The notes under the pieces are model-generated. The model had not been told where the DNA came from. It made no database searches and saw only the letters and a program-made list of their open reading frames with translations. DNA of 63,765 nucleotides, counting the filler, from Octopus bimaculoides (taxonomy: Eukaryota): NCBI RefSeq assembly GCF_001194135.2. It is 5 parts of 5 records of this genome, joined end to end, with 100 filler letters (N's around TTAATTAATTAA, not from the genome) between each part and the next. Parts side by side here need not be neighbours in the genome. Positions count along the whole stretch, not along the records: positions 1 to 25,658 come from NC_068995.1; 4 more parts are not named here. The stretch is one strand, 5' to 3'. The number at the start of each line of letters is the position of its first letter. The stretch's first letter is position 1. Position numbers and translations under genes: made by a program. Below are positions 1 to 13,660 of the stretch, piece by piece.

Positions 1-78
<78 letters not shown>

Positions 79-1602
79 TGTGTATGTATGTATATATATA
101 TATGTATATATGTATATGCATGTCTCAGTAATATGGATTTGATGTATTATAAACATTTCCGTATATAGAAATATAGAAAGAATAATATTGAGGCGGAGGA
201 GACAGAAACAGATAAAGCGAATAATAGACAGACAGAGGTTAAAAGAATAAAAGAAAGAAAGAAAGAATTTAGAAGAAAAGTAAGAAAACGGTATTCAATA
301 TAAGTATTAAAATGTTGAACAGAAATCTATGGCATCCATCATTATAAAGGGAAGTATATTTTTTATCCATTCGAAATTATTTTCCACGTATCTTTCGCTT
401 TTAACGTAGCAGAATCTATTAGATTTGTTGATTCAGCATTGGTAACAAGGAATATGATTGAACTAGGATTCATTACGGTCCAGTAGAGCAGAATAAAATA
501 GTTGTGCCTGATTTCTTTCCTTTATAATTCTCATTTGTTTAAAGAGTAGCGATGCACTAGCGAAAAAGAATGTTGTCTTTATCTAGAATTAGATGGCGTC
601 GATCACACAGCTGTTGCATCGGTCAATAAAATCCTGATGTGGCTGACATTTTTAAAACCTCATGAATATAATGGAGGCAACATTTGATTCCAGCGTGGAT
701 AGGAAGAATCATAGGATGCTATAGCTTAAATGCTTCAGATCTGTCGTCTCTCAGTAAAATACGTTTTCGATATTGACCAACACTAAATCAAATATTTACA
801 TAAGGATTCATTGATATCATTATCAATATTATTCTTGCGACGATTATGGAGATCAGGCAAGAAACATGAGTGTGTTAAGAGGGATGTTAACGAGGGAAAG
901 AGAGATAAGGAGAGCGAAAGAGAGAATATATTACGTATTATTACGAAGAATCAGAGACTGAGCAAATGTTGAATTAAAATAAACTTGCATTTGTCCAAAC
1001 CATAAAAAAATCAAGAACAAAACAATTTATCGGAACGCAGTTAACTTCAAGATGATAAATCAATTTATTCAGAGGAATATTTTTATTTTGTTCTTATTGC
1101 TTATAGTGCTACTATTATATTTACTCTTATCATGTTTTCTTTCAGTTAGATTCTTTTTTCTTTCCAATATTGTAACACTTCATTTATTTGATCACGACTT
1201 CTATTCTTGTTTTACGACCAGTTTTTCACCAACTTCCAATGGTGCATACGTGGCCCTAAAGTATAGCGTCCATAACACTGAATTTTTAAAACGTGAAGAC
1301 GATATATGTATCCATGATTCCCATTTAATGGTGCGTGAACTGGTTCACCGAATATTAAACCTAATCACACGTTCTTTTAATACCACTTCAATTTGAATAT
1401 TGTACCATCTATTTCACCATAGTATAAGAGAAGAGCAATAAATTATATCCTTGCCTTATCCAGTTTAACATGTTTTCTTTTTGCTTTTCGTAGTAATGTA
1501 ATTTCATTTGCGCCGTTTTCATTCGTGAGAAAGATATAGCTGCTACAAATACCTATCAACTAAATTTACTGTCATTATATTTCGTCATAGTTTACTCAGT
1601 GG

Positions 1603-1788
1603 TTTGAAATTTTGTCACAAGGCCAGCAATTTCGGGGATGAGCAAGGTTTAGTCGATTTCTTCAACCCTGGTGCTCTACTAGCATTAATTTTATCAATGT
1701 GATGAAAAGTAAATTTGACGTCGGCGTTATTTGGAAACTGTACATAAACCATGTCCGGCGCGCTAAGGACCCTGCCAGATCACCACTT
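1603..1788 (-). mobile_element. tRNA-derived SINE family A, degraded copy
   Basis: Reverse complement resembles the cleaner copy at 59976-60174 (ctggcag..gttagcgcgccgga head; gtcgat core). Confidence 0.55.
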
Positions 1789-3499
1789 TTAGTCTAGGAA
1801 ATAATAAGCTAAGCTCGTGTTACACACTGAACGATTCATACCAATTTATAAACATAAGTGCCTTACGACAAAAATGAGACATTCATATGCTTCTCAGTAA
1901 CTCACAGAAAATCAACTCAGTAGCATTCTGGTTAGCGAGTTTATATCCTGTAACCAGAATTATGGTGTGGTCATGGAGAAAAGGCTTGACTTTCAAAGGT
2001 TCGAACTACCTAATTCTAAAGTTAGGGATGCAGTGTGGTAGGTACACGAAAGAGATGAAGTTAGAAGTCGTGAAAAAAAAAAAAAAACTAAGATCTAAAC
2101 TGGTTTTTTCTATAGATTTTAAGCATTTGGCGGCTCAGTTCTTTCTTAAGTATTGATAGGGTTAACAATGGATCCTACCGAGTCGACCGACTCTTAAATA
2201 AAATGGATTAAATGAGTATCTTCTGTTGTGTACTTAGAAAATCTTCTGTTGTCAACATTTACATAATTGCACTGCAAATGCAAATAATCTAAGTTTCAAT
2301 ATTCATCAAATCTAACATATTTTCATTCGCTGAATTTGGTACTGCTTTTAATTATCTTTGGAAGAAATCATTTTGTTAAACCCATTGTCTCGACTCATTT
2401 ATTACATTGGGTGAAAGAGCATCACCAAATATCCCGTGTTCTTGTGACAACCTGCACTATGAACGTGAAACCAACATCTTAAATAGTTAATCCAAAGATA
2501 ACCGATGATCTTGGGACTGCAAACTAACCAACCACTAACTATTCTGCAGGGCAACTCCTATTTACAATGTCAAGTTGTTTCTGGTCTACGCCACCTATTA
2601 AGAATTGGATAGACTGAGCCATTTAAGAGTTCACCCTACTTATTTTCTGGATTAGGATATTACTCCAAAGTCATTGCACATATAAGTAACAAAACACTTG
2701 ATCAAGATAAAACTGTATTTTCATTACTGGTGTATTATGTCTGTTACAGTGTATTTAAAATGAGTCACATTCAATAATAATCCGCCAGATTGCTTGTTTC
2801 TACCATAATGGAGTTGTTGGCTTTTTACCAGATATGACTTGATTTCATTAAGACTTCATAGATTATAAAGAAAACAGTAAACTGAGCCTTATTACTTCTC
2901 TACAGATATAGTTCTTTGTGCAGATTTAACAACCTAAAACCACAGCAGACTGAGCAACTATTACAAGTTGCACATCCTTGAAACGGTTGCATGCACACCA
3001 TTAGATACCATACAGAAAATTTACAACGACAATCATTGCGGTTTCATTGTCTCTTACAAATTACAAAGTACGGTTGCACATACAGTGCTTCAGTCAGATG
3101 CAACAACTTACAGCCACACTTACTCCAGTTGCAATTACAATTTCACTATCGTTCGCCCTGTTACATGCATGTAATCTCCCAGCAGACTAACTACAGACTA
3201 CTTACTGGTCACATATCTACAGAAAGTCATCAACGCGTTGTATTCAAGACACCACGTCCGTACTATTTTATAATGAACTAACCGTTGAATCGATAAAATG
3301 CAAACTTTATTCATTGCTTCTGCAACCAACTTCACGTTATATCTGGATATACCTTATATCCAGTAACACTGAGTTATTGTTAAACAAACACACCTTCCAA
3401 CTTATCATTTATCACCTCATTATTGCTTCTTGATGATATGGACTTAGTACATTACCAAACATAGTAAATGCTTCCTCTCAACTAATTTCGAATAAGCTC

Positions 3500-4000
3500 G
3501 TAAAGTGTGATAATTTCTTTTGGTTATTATAAGTAAATGTCTCTTGATTCGTGAACATTCTTTCTATCTCATTAATCAACACACTCGCATTATTAAAACT
3601 AGTCACAACCTGTCATTAATTACATGCAACTTATCGGAGATTGCGTAGTTTGTAATAGCTGCGAATGTAAATTGCAGATATTGACTGAAACAATGCATGC
3701 AGCATAGCTGCAGAGAATCGGTAAAGGTCTGTCTACTCTTTCATTTATAATATCCAATTTATTCACAGGATAGTCCATTGTGATATCATTTTTTTTCTGA
3801 GGAATAACTATGATCCTCGTTGCAGTAAAGCAAGGAATCCGCCAATTCGATCTGTTATATGGCAATAGCGAATAATAGTTTTGAAAGGCATGTACTGACA
3901 AAACATTGCATAAGCAGCAAACAATTTTCAGAAGAAAATATTTCATAAATTTTGTTCTCGCTATAAGTGTCAGCACATTTCTTGCCCAGAAAATGTTAAG
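3500..4000 (+). pseudogene. Highly decayed non-LTR retrotransposon RT remnant (L1-like?)
   Basis: Manual translation near 3810-3860 gives ILVAVKQGIRQFDLLY, resembling the RT motif GIRQGDPLS; many stops. Boundaries are approximate. Confidence 0.3.
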
Positions 4001-4484
4001 GATATTCTTAAGGGCAGTTTGCCCGAGAAAAGATTACAAACTTGAAATCTCCGATTGTGTTCGAATGGTTCTTCTCTTATGAATTTGGGATAGATTGCAT
4101 TATAGCTTTACAACGAACAAAAGAGAAAATCAGTTTCGATAACCGTTGTTAAAATACATGCGAAAGAGACAAATCTTGGCTTCCATGTTCTATAAATTTC
4201 TTTAAATTTGTTTGATTGATGCCTTTGTTTGTGAGAATTAAATATCTTTTTTGAACTCTTGCCCTTGTTGTTTGTGTACCTCCCTTATCAACATCAGGTC
4301 TTTTGAGGAAAATATTACAACTTAGAACTTCATTAGTTTTCATTTGTAGATTATCTGAAATAATATTACCACTCAACTGTGTTCAATTTAAAACGACAAC
4401 ACAAAACTTAAAGCAAAACACCCTTTCCATTACTATTCTTCCATTAACCAAAATCTCTGAAGAATTGATACCAATGTAAAGGAC

Positions 4485-4532
<48 letters not shown>

Positions 4533-5467
4533 GTTTATTCATATATGAAAATGAAATTCCCAAATCATTTCCTGCCGAATGTAATAACGGAGTTATAATT
4601 TCTGCGATGGATTTCAAAAACACGAGCAGACACAATTCAAACTTGGTGTGTGTGTGTCTTTGTGTGTGTGTGTGTGCGTGCGCGCATGTGGGCGCGCGCG
4701 CGTGCGTGCATGTGTGTGTGTGCGTGTGTGTATCTTCATGTATAGATAGATTTATACGTACACATACTCATTTATACATTCATATATTGATGCAGATATA
4801 CAGCGAGAAATTTTGTAAAATGATAATTTAGGGTAAGATAAAAATTATCAAATATAAAAGGAGATATGAATATCGTGATATGGAAAGAAATAGAGATGGT
4901 GAATAAAAAAAAATGTGATAATATTGGAAACCACACCATTTCAAGATATCATACGATCAAAAATTCATTGATATTCTTTGTATCATGAAAGTAGATTAGT
5001 TTATTAGCGAATTCAAAAGTCAATTTTTTAAATATTTTCATTAGATCTTCATTGCAATACTCTAGAGAATGTTATCATATTACAGACAAGAAAGTAAAAC
5101 TGTAAACACATGCATGTAAATGAATGGGAGAAACAGGAAAAATCACTCGTATACATACAGACTCGTACATGTTCATGGTATGTATATTAATGTGCATGCA
5201 TATTTATAAGTGCAGGATGTTATTGAGAGGACAGTTGCCTGATTATATATGTGTGTGTGTGTATGAGTGCAGGCGTATATATAGACACACTTGTATATGA
5301 TATACATACATATCTGTACAATACATACCATATACGCATATATACATATATAAATATATAAAATATATGTATGTACATCACTAATGCATTCATATTTACA
5401 TATATGTACATATGTGTGTCTTTGCATGAATTTGTGTTGGTATATAAATATAAATAAATAAATTAAC

Positions 5468-5504
<37 letters not shown>

Positions 5505-6680
5505 NNNNNNNNNNNNNNNNNNNNNNNNNNNNNNNNNNNNNNNNNNNNNNNNNNNNNNNNNNNNNNNNNNNNNNNNNNNNNNNNNNNNNNNNNNNNNNNN
5601 NNNNNNNNNNNNNNNNNNNNNNNNNNNNNNNNNNNNNNNNNNNNNNNNNNNNNNNNNNNNNNNNNNNNNNNNNNNNNNNNNNNNNNNNNNNNNNNNNNNN
5701 NNNNNNNNNNNNNNNNNNNNNNNNNNNNNNNNNNNNNNNNNNNNNNNNNNNNNNNNNNNNNNNNATATACACACATACATACATACATATATGTATACAC
5801 CCAAATACATACAAATTTGTATATATATATATGAATGAATATTCATGTGTGTGTATGTGAGTTGTATATATATGTATGTCTTAGTGACTGTATTGCTTGT
5901 TTTTTTTTGTTTTTTGTTAAATCTCATTTCATTGATACCCTTTTATGTTGCTATGACAACAAGCGAAACCAATCTTGTCTATTGTATACACTGGCATCCA
6001 TTATTTTTTTTTCTATTGTCTTCAAACAATCGAGATTATAAAACCGAAGGTTCATTTCAATCATCAGTATATATGATGTGGAATAATGAATTTATATCGA
6101 TATTGTTGTAATTTGGAGTAGCATAGGAACGTGAATCTTGGACAATGTGAAGGAACATTTCAAAGATTTGGGGCGGTAAAAAGAAATTTTAGAGTTATGG
6201 TAATGAAGTGGTCAGGTTATGAAATTATGTAGATTGTAAAGTAGACAAAGTGTGTGTTTCTTTCTATGCGTGCATTTCTGCGTGAGATAAAGAAAGAGAG
6301 CGCGAAAGAGATACACAAGGAGGGGTAAATATATGTGTGAGTGTGTGTGTGTGCGCGCATGTGTGTGTGTGTGTGTGTGACGAGGTATATACGTGCGTGT
6401 GTGTGTGTGTGTACAGGGGGTGAAATACGGCAGGGAAAAGTAATAAAAGGTAATATTTATGTGTACGTATGCGCAAGATGTGACTATAAAGTCCACATAT
6501 ATGTGTGTATATATAAATAAAAAATGTAAAATTAAAACAGAACACAAAGGATTCCGCGGTACACGTGTTTCAAGCTTTATACACAAACAGTCGTTGCATC
6601 ATTATATGGGTATATAATTGAAAAACAGGATGGTATAAAGTTATCTTCAGCCGCAAATATATTCTTTCCCAAGCATTATA

Positions 6681-6979
6681 TCTGTGATATCCCCGAGTAT
6701 GGGATACATTCAGTCATCAGATACAAATAGGTAAAAAAAAAATAGGGAAAATGAGAATGGTGTATATTAATGAGATGACAACATAGAGGAATGGAGTAAA
6801 AGAATAAGATGGAAAGAATGAAGAAAAAAGGAATAAACGTTCATAGATCAACTTTCCGAAGTAATAGAAACCAGGGCATGAGTCCTTATGTACAATCTTG
6901 CGTAGATCCATGAGCGTGAGTCCTAAGGTGCAATCCTGCGTATATCCATGTGGAGTAAAATTCTGATATAGTAGACATC
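6681..6979 (-). repeat. Penelope-associated pLTR-like repeat (left arm of inverted pair) with truncated hammerhead core
   Basis: Inverted copy of 7366-7594; minus strand reads CTGATGA..tatccc atactcg gggata tcaca, then is truncated before GAAAC. Confidence 0.6.
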
Positions 6980-7365
6980 CATTGCTAAAAATAACTCTAC
7001 AGCCACTAACCTTGGCCAAAACGGACACAATCAGTTGCAAATAAATTTCCCCAACAACTTTAGACTTTAAGACTACCAGGCATCTACTACCTCTCTCTAA
7101 ATTCCTTTCATTTCCCTCTATTTTTTAAATCTGTCTTCCTCTACCTCTTCATCCTCTTTCTTATCTTCTCTGCTACCCTGTACACAATTCGTAGACGCCA
7201 TACACCTATGCACCTTACGTTGTCCTATAGCCAATCCTTAAAATCGCCCCACCTCAATCTACCTCTGTTTCTATTTTATTTTCTTTACTTATATCACTTA
7301 ATAGCCATCTCTGCTATCATTCTGTTATTGAATGTTGATATGTTCTCGTTTTTTTTCTCTCGTGA

Positions 7366-7610
7366 GATGTCTACTATATCAGAATTGTAATTTATATGAA
7401 TATACGCAGGCTTACACCTAGGGACTTACGCTCATGGATCTACTCGAGATTGCACCTCAGGACTCATGCTCTGGCTTCTATAACTTCGGAATGTTGAACT
7501 ATGAATTGTGTCGTCATATCATTAATATATACTATTCGCATTTTTCCTATTTATCTCTGATGGAGGAATATCCCATACTCGAGGATATCACAGAAACAGC
7601 TGTAAGATTT
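7366..7610 (+). repeat. Penelope-associated pLTR-like repeat (right arm of inverted pair)
   Basis: gatgtctactatatcagaatt...ggatatcacaga matches the reverse complement of 6681-6979. Confidence 0.6.
7553..7608 (+). ncRNA. Minimal type I hammerhead ribozyme motif (A9 to G variant)
   Basis: ATCT-CTGATGG-[ATATCC/GGATAT helix II]-GAAAC-AGCT-GTA-AGAT; helix I ATCT/AGAT; palindromic AGCT loop in helix III. Confidence 0.6.
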
Positions 7611-7698
7611 TGAATTTCTTACTATAAAATATTGAATACGACTTAAGATGTTTGCCTTGCCTTAATGTTTGCTGTTGTGTTTAACAATGATATTATAT

Positions 7699-7750
<52 letters not shown>

Positions 7751-7811
7751 GTCTATCCTGTCGGTTTCGATATATGAGGCTCCGACAAAGTATACATACA
7801 TATTTATTTTT

Positions 7812-8025
7812 TCATTGCCCTCAGAGGGGTACACATAGAGGGGGACAAAAAAGGACAAAGGGATTTAAGTCGATTACATTGACCGCAGTGCGTAACTGGT
7901 ACTTATTTAATCGAGCTCGAAACTATGAAAGGTAAAGTCGACCTCGGCGGAATTTGAACTCAGAACGTACCGGCAGACGAAATACAGCTAAAGATTTCGC
8001 CTGGCGTGCTAACGATTCTGCCAGA
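7812..8025 (-). mobile_element. tRNA-derived SINE family A (variant 3' tail)
   Basis: Reverse complement: ctggcagaatcgttagcacgccaggcgaaa...gttctgagttcaaattccgccgaggtcgac...aagtaccagttacgcactg. Confidence 0.85.
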
Positions 8026-8517
8026 TGCTTTGTGCCTATGTGTGTACGTTTCTATGCTTTCATGTGAACATGAAAAAACTTCGCATAAATGAATATGCGT
8101 CATTGCTAGTCGGTGGAATAGACTTATAAGATAAACGGTTCTCAATATGAATTTCATTGTGATTTATTTTAGAAGTACTACGTTTCTATGTGCATATATG
8201 TGTGTGTGCATTTCTGTGTAGTTGTGTTTATGCGTGTGTTTTTGTGTGTGTTATTTTGTGTGTGTTAGTGTATGTGCGCGTATCTGGGTGACTAAAATTT
8301 ATGACAGAGATTAAAGAATAACTACAATAAAAATATATGAATATATAACCTAATATTGCGAAAAAAAAATAGAATAAATGTAAACATTTTAAAACGAGAG
8401 AAAAAGTCTTAAAGATAAGGAAAAAAATTTTTTTTTAAATAAAAATTGGAATTATGCTAAATATGATAATAGGGGGAATAAAATCTCGGTTGCTATCAAC
8501 AGCATCATTCTCATTGT

Positions 8518-8560
8518 CTACATCATCATCATCATCAACTTCATTGGCATCATCAACAGC

Positions 8561-8594
<34 letters not shown>

Positions 8595-8699
8595 ACATCA
8601 TCATCATAGCTGTCGACATATCGTAACCATCGTCATGATCATTAACTGTGCCCTTAGTAGTATTAATTGTTTCAGCAGCATTAGCATTTTCGATGATGT

Positions 8700-8757
<58 letters not shown>

Positions 8758-8760
8758 TAT
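8518..8760. repeat. Compound (CAT)n/(AGT)n trinucleotide microsatellite
   Basis: Directly visible repeats. Confidence 0.95.
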
Positions 8761-9690
8761 ATTGCAATATTGGTGGTGGCAGTGGTAGTATTGGTGGTGG
8801 ATTTGTGAGATAGTGATGGCGATGTTTTCTGCTATTGACGTACAACTAGTTGTTATTTTTTCATATATATACATATATATATATGTGTACATACATACAT
8901 AGATACATATATATATGTATATATAGATTCAAGGTGAATATGGTACTTAAGTTTAGGCACCAGAATTAAGTATGGTATTATCCAGCNNNNNNNNNNNNNN
9001 NNNNNNNNNNNNNNNNNNNNNNNNNNNNNNNNNNNNNNNNNNNNNNNNNNNNNNNNNNNNNNNNNNNNNNNNNNNNNNNNNNNNNNNNNNNNNNNNNNNN
9101 NNNNNNNNNNNNNNNNNNNNNNNNNNNNNNNNNNNNNNNNNNNNNNNNNNNNNNNNNNNNNNNNNNNNNNNNNNNNNNNNNNNNNNNNNNNNNNNNNNNN
9201 NNNNNNNNNNNNNNNNNNNNNNNNNNNNNNNNNNNNNNNNNNNNNNNNNNNNNNNNNNNNNNNNNNNNNNNNNNNNNNNNNNNNNNNNNNNNNNNNNNNN
9301 NNNNNNNNNNNNNNNNNNNNNNNNNNNNNNNNNNNNNNNNNNNNNNNNNNNNNNNNNNNNNNNNNNNNNNNNNNNNNNNNNNNNNNNNNNNNNNNNNNNN
9401 NNNNNNNNNNNNNNNNNNNNNNNNNNNNNNNNNNNNNNNNNNNNNNNNNNNNNNNNNNNNNNNNNNNNNNNNNNNNNNNNNNNNNNNNNNNNNNNNNNNN
9501 NNNNNNNTCTGCTATTGACGTACAACTAGTTGTTATTTTTTCATATATATACATATATATATATGTGTACATACATACATAGATACATATATATATGTAT
9601 ATATAGATTCAAGGTGAATATGGTACTTAAGTTTAGGCACCAGAATTAAGTATGGTATTATCCAGCCAATTCCAAAAATAAGGTGATTAA

Positions 9691-9972
9691 AATCAAAATA
9701 AGCAACAAAGATGTCCACATTTACTGCAGTGCGATCGTTTCATGCAACTCCATTTATTTAAGCAATGTGAACATTACATGAAATGTAAAATGCAGAGCAA
9801 TCCTCAGCTGCACAAAGATATAGAAATTTCAGTAAATTTCTACATCTTTTTGCAGCTGAGGATTGCTCTGCATTTTAAATTTGATGTAATGTTCACATTG
9901 CTTAAATGAATGGAGTTGCATGAAACGATAGTACTGCAGTAACTTTGGATAACTGTGTTGCTTATTTTGATT
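9691..9972. mobile_element. Foldback palindrome / MITE-like element, 139-bp arms, 4-nt loop
   Basis: aatcaaaataagcaac...tagaaattt-cagt-aaatttcta...gttgcttattttgatt; near-perfect inverted arms 9691-9829 and 9834-9972. Confidence 0.85.
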
Positions 9973-10010
9973 ATATACATATATATGTATATCTACATAT
10001 ATACCTATAC

Positions 10011-10042
<32 letters not shown>

Positions 10043-10444
10043 CATGTGTGTGTGTGTTTATTTGTGTATGAGTGTGTTTGTGTTTGTGTATATATGTGTG
10101 TGTACGTATATTTTAAATGATTGTTCACGAAGACAGAGTGCACTAGATGCTTTATTACGCACAACAATCGCTTCAGCTAACTTTATCACCGCTCCCTAGT
10201 GGTCGGGAAACGACAACGGAATCGATCGAATGTACCCCATAGATCAGGGGAAACCTCATCATGTTACATAATAGGCTTGAGTATTACAAGTTGTACATTT
10301 TGCTAATATGTGTGTACATATATATATACATATATATCTATATATGTACATATATGTACACATATCTATCTATCAATTTAGCTACCTATCTGTCTATCTA
10401 TCTATTCATATTTCTCTTTATATATGTGTGTGTGTGGGGGGTGT

Positions 10445-10660
10445 TTGTATGTCTGTGTTTGTCTCCCCACCATCGCCTTGACAACCGATGTTGGTGTATT
10501 TACGTCCCCGTAAGTTAGCGTTTCGGCAAAAGAGACCGATAGAATATGTACTAGGCTTACAAAGAATAAGTCCTGGGTCAATGTCTTCGACTAAAGGCGG
10601 TGCTCCTGCATGGCCGCAGTCAAGTGACTGAAACAAATAAAAGCATAAAAGAATAAAATA
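10445..10660 (+). mobile_element. SINE family B, 3' half
   Basis: ttgacaaccgatgttggtg..tacgtccccgtaagttagc..ggcaaaagagaccgatagaa..ggcggtgctcc.gcatggccgcagtc; matches 12337-12717. Confidence 0.85.
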
Positions 10661-10959
10661 ATATATATATATTCATACAGGCAGACAGGTGAGTTTACAG
10701 CACGCCAAGAAACTCAAAATTTGGCAGTAATATCATACTTCTTCTTCACCAAAATGCAATCCCAAAAGAATGGCCATCGAAAAAGTGATAAAACTGACGG
10801 TGCCCCAGCATGGCCAAAACTTTTGAGCTGAGATGCATATGAGTATAATTGAATAGATGAATGCATACATACAGACATACATATATGTACACACATATAA
10901 ATGTGCATATACAACAATGTATGTATATATACATGCATAGACACACACATACATACATG

Positions 10960-10991
<32 letters not shown>

Positions 10992-11449
10992 CATGTACAC
11001 AGAGAGCGGAAGAGGAGTGTGAGGAAGAGACAGATGAATATATATAAAATGTTTTATACACATATGTAAATCAGCGTATTTTTATGTGAATCTGTGCGCC
11101 TGCATATTTTACAGAATCTGCATATGCGGAGGCGTTTGTGCAATAAAATTCGCAAAATACATAACTATAAAATCATATGTGCATTCACAAAATGTTATGC
11201 AGAAATGCATTTACGAATCAATAAAAAAATAATACATTCAGTGAAACATGTGCTATCATGCACAAATATATTTAGATTAAATAACCTACAGAATATTTAT
11301 AAAAGAACATAGTTATTCATACATGAGATTCCAGGGCTACATATTTCTAAGACTTTACTCATGGCGAGAGAGTGGCGAGAGGAGATACAACTATAGTGTC
11401 AGTCCGTTGACTGATTTATAATAGTTTATTTTCTTTTTTATGCTCTTAT

Positions 11450-12300
11450 TTCTTTTTGTTTCCAATCGGGTGTATGAATCTAGGTGGTTGCTGTTGTTTT
11501 AGTTATGCTCCAATGACGAAAAATTGGTTGATTTTCTTCAGATGTCTAAAAGCGTTTTTAGAAAAGTCTCGTTCTTTCGTACGCGTGGGAAACTGGAATG
11601 ATATTGTACACACGCTCTGGGATTTTGTAATTTTAGCCGGTATACGATTCAAATATTCTTACAAGCCTTCTCGAACAGTTTCAATTAACAGGTAGTAAAT
11701 GGATATCCCAAATGCACCGGTGTAGAAATAGAGTACTCGCATATGTTTTTGAGGTCGTGTCTAGATTCAGTATTCATTAGAGGTAAGCATGAGGTAAAAA
11801 GATCTGGACAGTCGAATCAGATACGACTTATAGACGCTGTCCAGAGAGTAGTTATCCAGCATTTTAAGGGATAACTGTCAATAACTTGTGGTTGAATACT
11901 CGGAGGGGTGATTAGAGTAGAGTTGATTGGATTTAGCGAAATAGTTGCGATAGGCTATTCTGTTTTAAACCAAGAAAAGGGCGTTGATCTTTGTACACAT
12001 TTGCTTTTAACAAACCAGAACGAGTGTATGTTACTAGATTTCAAATAGATGTAAGTTGTTTTCCAGCAGCAGTTTGGTCAATTGTTTGTAAAGTGATGTA
12101 CTGGACACAACGATAGGCTTTACTGCGAAAACCTACCGCAGCTCTCGGTAAAATATACGGAATGTCACGGATAGTTAAAAGCAGCTAATAAATATACACA
12201 ATGCTATGTGTTTTTTGAGAGAAGGAAATCTCCTGACTTTAAAGAGCTGCATTTGAATTCTAAGTGCGCAATCCAGATTGTTCTTCTGTGTTGCAGGAGT
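11450..12300 (-). pseudogene. Possible decayed LINE ORF2 3' region
   Basis: Non-repetitive, coding-like composition; minus translation includes KCWI...RI*FDCP, resembling a C-terminal Zn-finger (HxxxDCP). Many stops. Confidence 0.25.
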
Positions 12301-12336
12301 TTAGTGCGACTAGAAGAAGAATTATATATATTTATA

Positions 12337-12717
12337 GGCGCAAGTGCGGCAGTGTTGTAAGAAGTTTGCTTCCCAACCACATGGTTCCGGATTCAGTCCC
12401 GCAGCCTGTCACCTTGGGCAAGTGTCTTATACAATAACCTCGGGTGGAGTAAATCCTTGTAAGTTGATTTGGTAAACAGAAATAGAAAGATGCCCGCCGT
12501 ATATATATGTGTGTGTTTGTGTTTGTCCCCCATCATCACTTGACAACTGGTATTAGTGTGTTTACGTCCCCGTAATCTAGCAGTTCGGCAAAAGTGCCCG
12601 ATATAATAAGTACTAGGCTTAAAAAACAAGTCATGAGATTGATTTGTTTGACTAGAACCCCCCGAGGCGGTGCTCCAGCATGGCCGCAGTCCAATGATTG
12701 ACACAAGTAAAAGAATA
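12337..12717 (+). mobile_element. SINE family B, near full length (tRNA-like head, internal TG/TA microsatellite)
   Basis: Head ggcgcaagtgcggcagtgttgtaag..ggttccggattcagtccc (A/B-box-like), body gggcaagtgtctt, tail acaagtaaaagaa. Confidence 0.9.
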
Positions 12718-12772
12718 TANNNNNNNNNNNNNNNNNNNNNNNNNNNNNNNNNNNNNNNNNNNNNNNNNNNNN

Positions 12773-13660
12773 ATAAACTTCACGATAAAAAATTTTACTC
12801 GAAGTACATTCTGGTTCATTATTCCATTTGGTAAAGAAGTAAATTATAATTTTTACAAATTGTTCAATATAGCAATAGAAAAATATTTTCCAATAAATCA
12901 TAGATATAAAATTTTTAAAAAACATAAGTTCCGCATGGCTTGTTGCAAGAGCAAACATAATGCACAAATTATAGCAACGTATAACGTAAAAGTAATATCG
13001 AAATTTCAAAAAAGCTCTTAGAATCAGAGTAGCGAACTAAATATTCAGAATAATAATATCAGACAGAATACAAAAAAAAAAACTCAAATAGAAGAGAACG
13101 CTGAGAATTTAAATGTCGCTAAAAGGTAAACAACCCAGATTAACATAGTTGATAATGTAGAGTCGAATAAAAATTAAGACCGCAATAGAACGTATATAAC
13201 GTTATCTGAAAGATTAATAGTAATAAATAATTTGGTTGAAAAGAATTTGATTTTACAATGAATTATCAAATTAAACTAAATCTGAGAGAAGTTATCTGTG
13301 CAATTGTTCTAAATGGAGAATCCTGTAATGTGAAAAGTAAGTGTAAGATTAAATATGTAATATTTAGGTGTAAAGTTACATCTGAGGGTAATGAATACTT
13401 TTACATCGGTTCGACATCACTAATTTTCAAGAAGAGACTGATAAATCATTTGAGTTCATGTAGAAATAAAACTAAAGATTTCAAGCTAGTTTTAGTAAAT
13501 TAACCTTGTCTATTAAATACAGAAACAAAGAATATACTATCAGATGGGAATTAATTTGTACTGCAAAACTATACAGACTTGGAACTAAAAAATGTGACAC
13601 ATGTTTTGAAGAATTTTACCAAATTTTACATTTAAGGATAACATAATAAACTCTAGACAG
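12773..13660 (+). pseudogene. Penelope-like element ORF 3' part including GIY-YIG endonuclease (frameshifted)
   Basis: TFWFIIPFGKEV..KYFPINH.YKIFKK (PLE post-RT segment); CNVKSKCKIKYVIFRCKV..FYIGST..FKKRLINH (GIY-YIG); YTIRWELICTAKLYRLGTKKCDTC (PLE C-terminus). Confidence 0.85.

Noticed and set aside
1052-1396. 114-aa ORF with hydrophobic N-terminus
   Set aside because: Hydrophobicity comes from T-rich low-complexity DNA; no recognisable domain or splice structure.
8828-9666. 159-bp identical direct repeat (8828-8986 and 9508-9666) flanking a 521-N gap
   Set aside because: 100% identity on both gap edges is typical of unmerged overlapping contig ends, so it is most likely an assembly artefact and not a tandem duplication.
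10196-10265. Possible hammerhead on the minus strand (ATGATGAG-gtttcccc..gggg..)
   Set aside because: Both halves of the core are mutated (no CUGA, no GAAA); cannot be supported.
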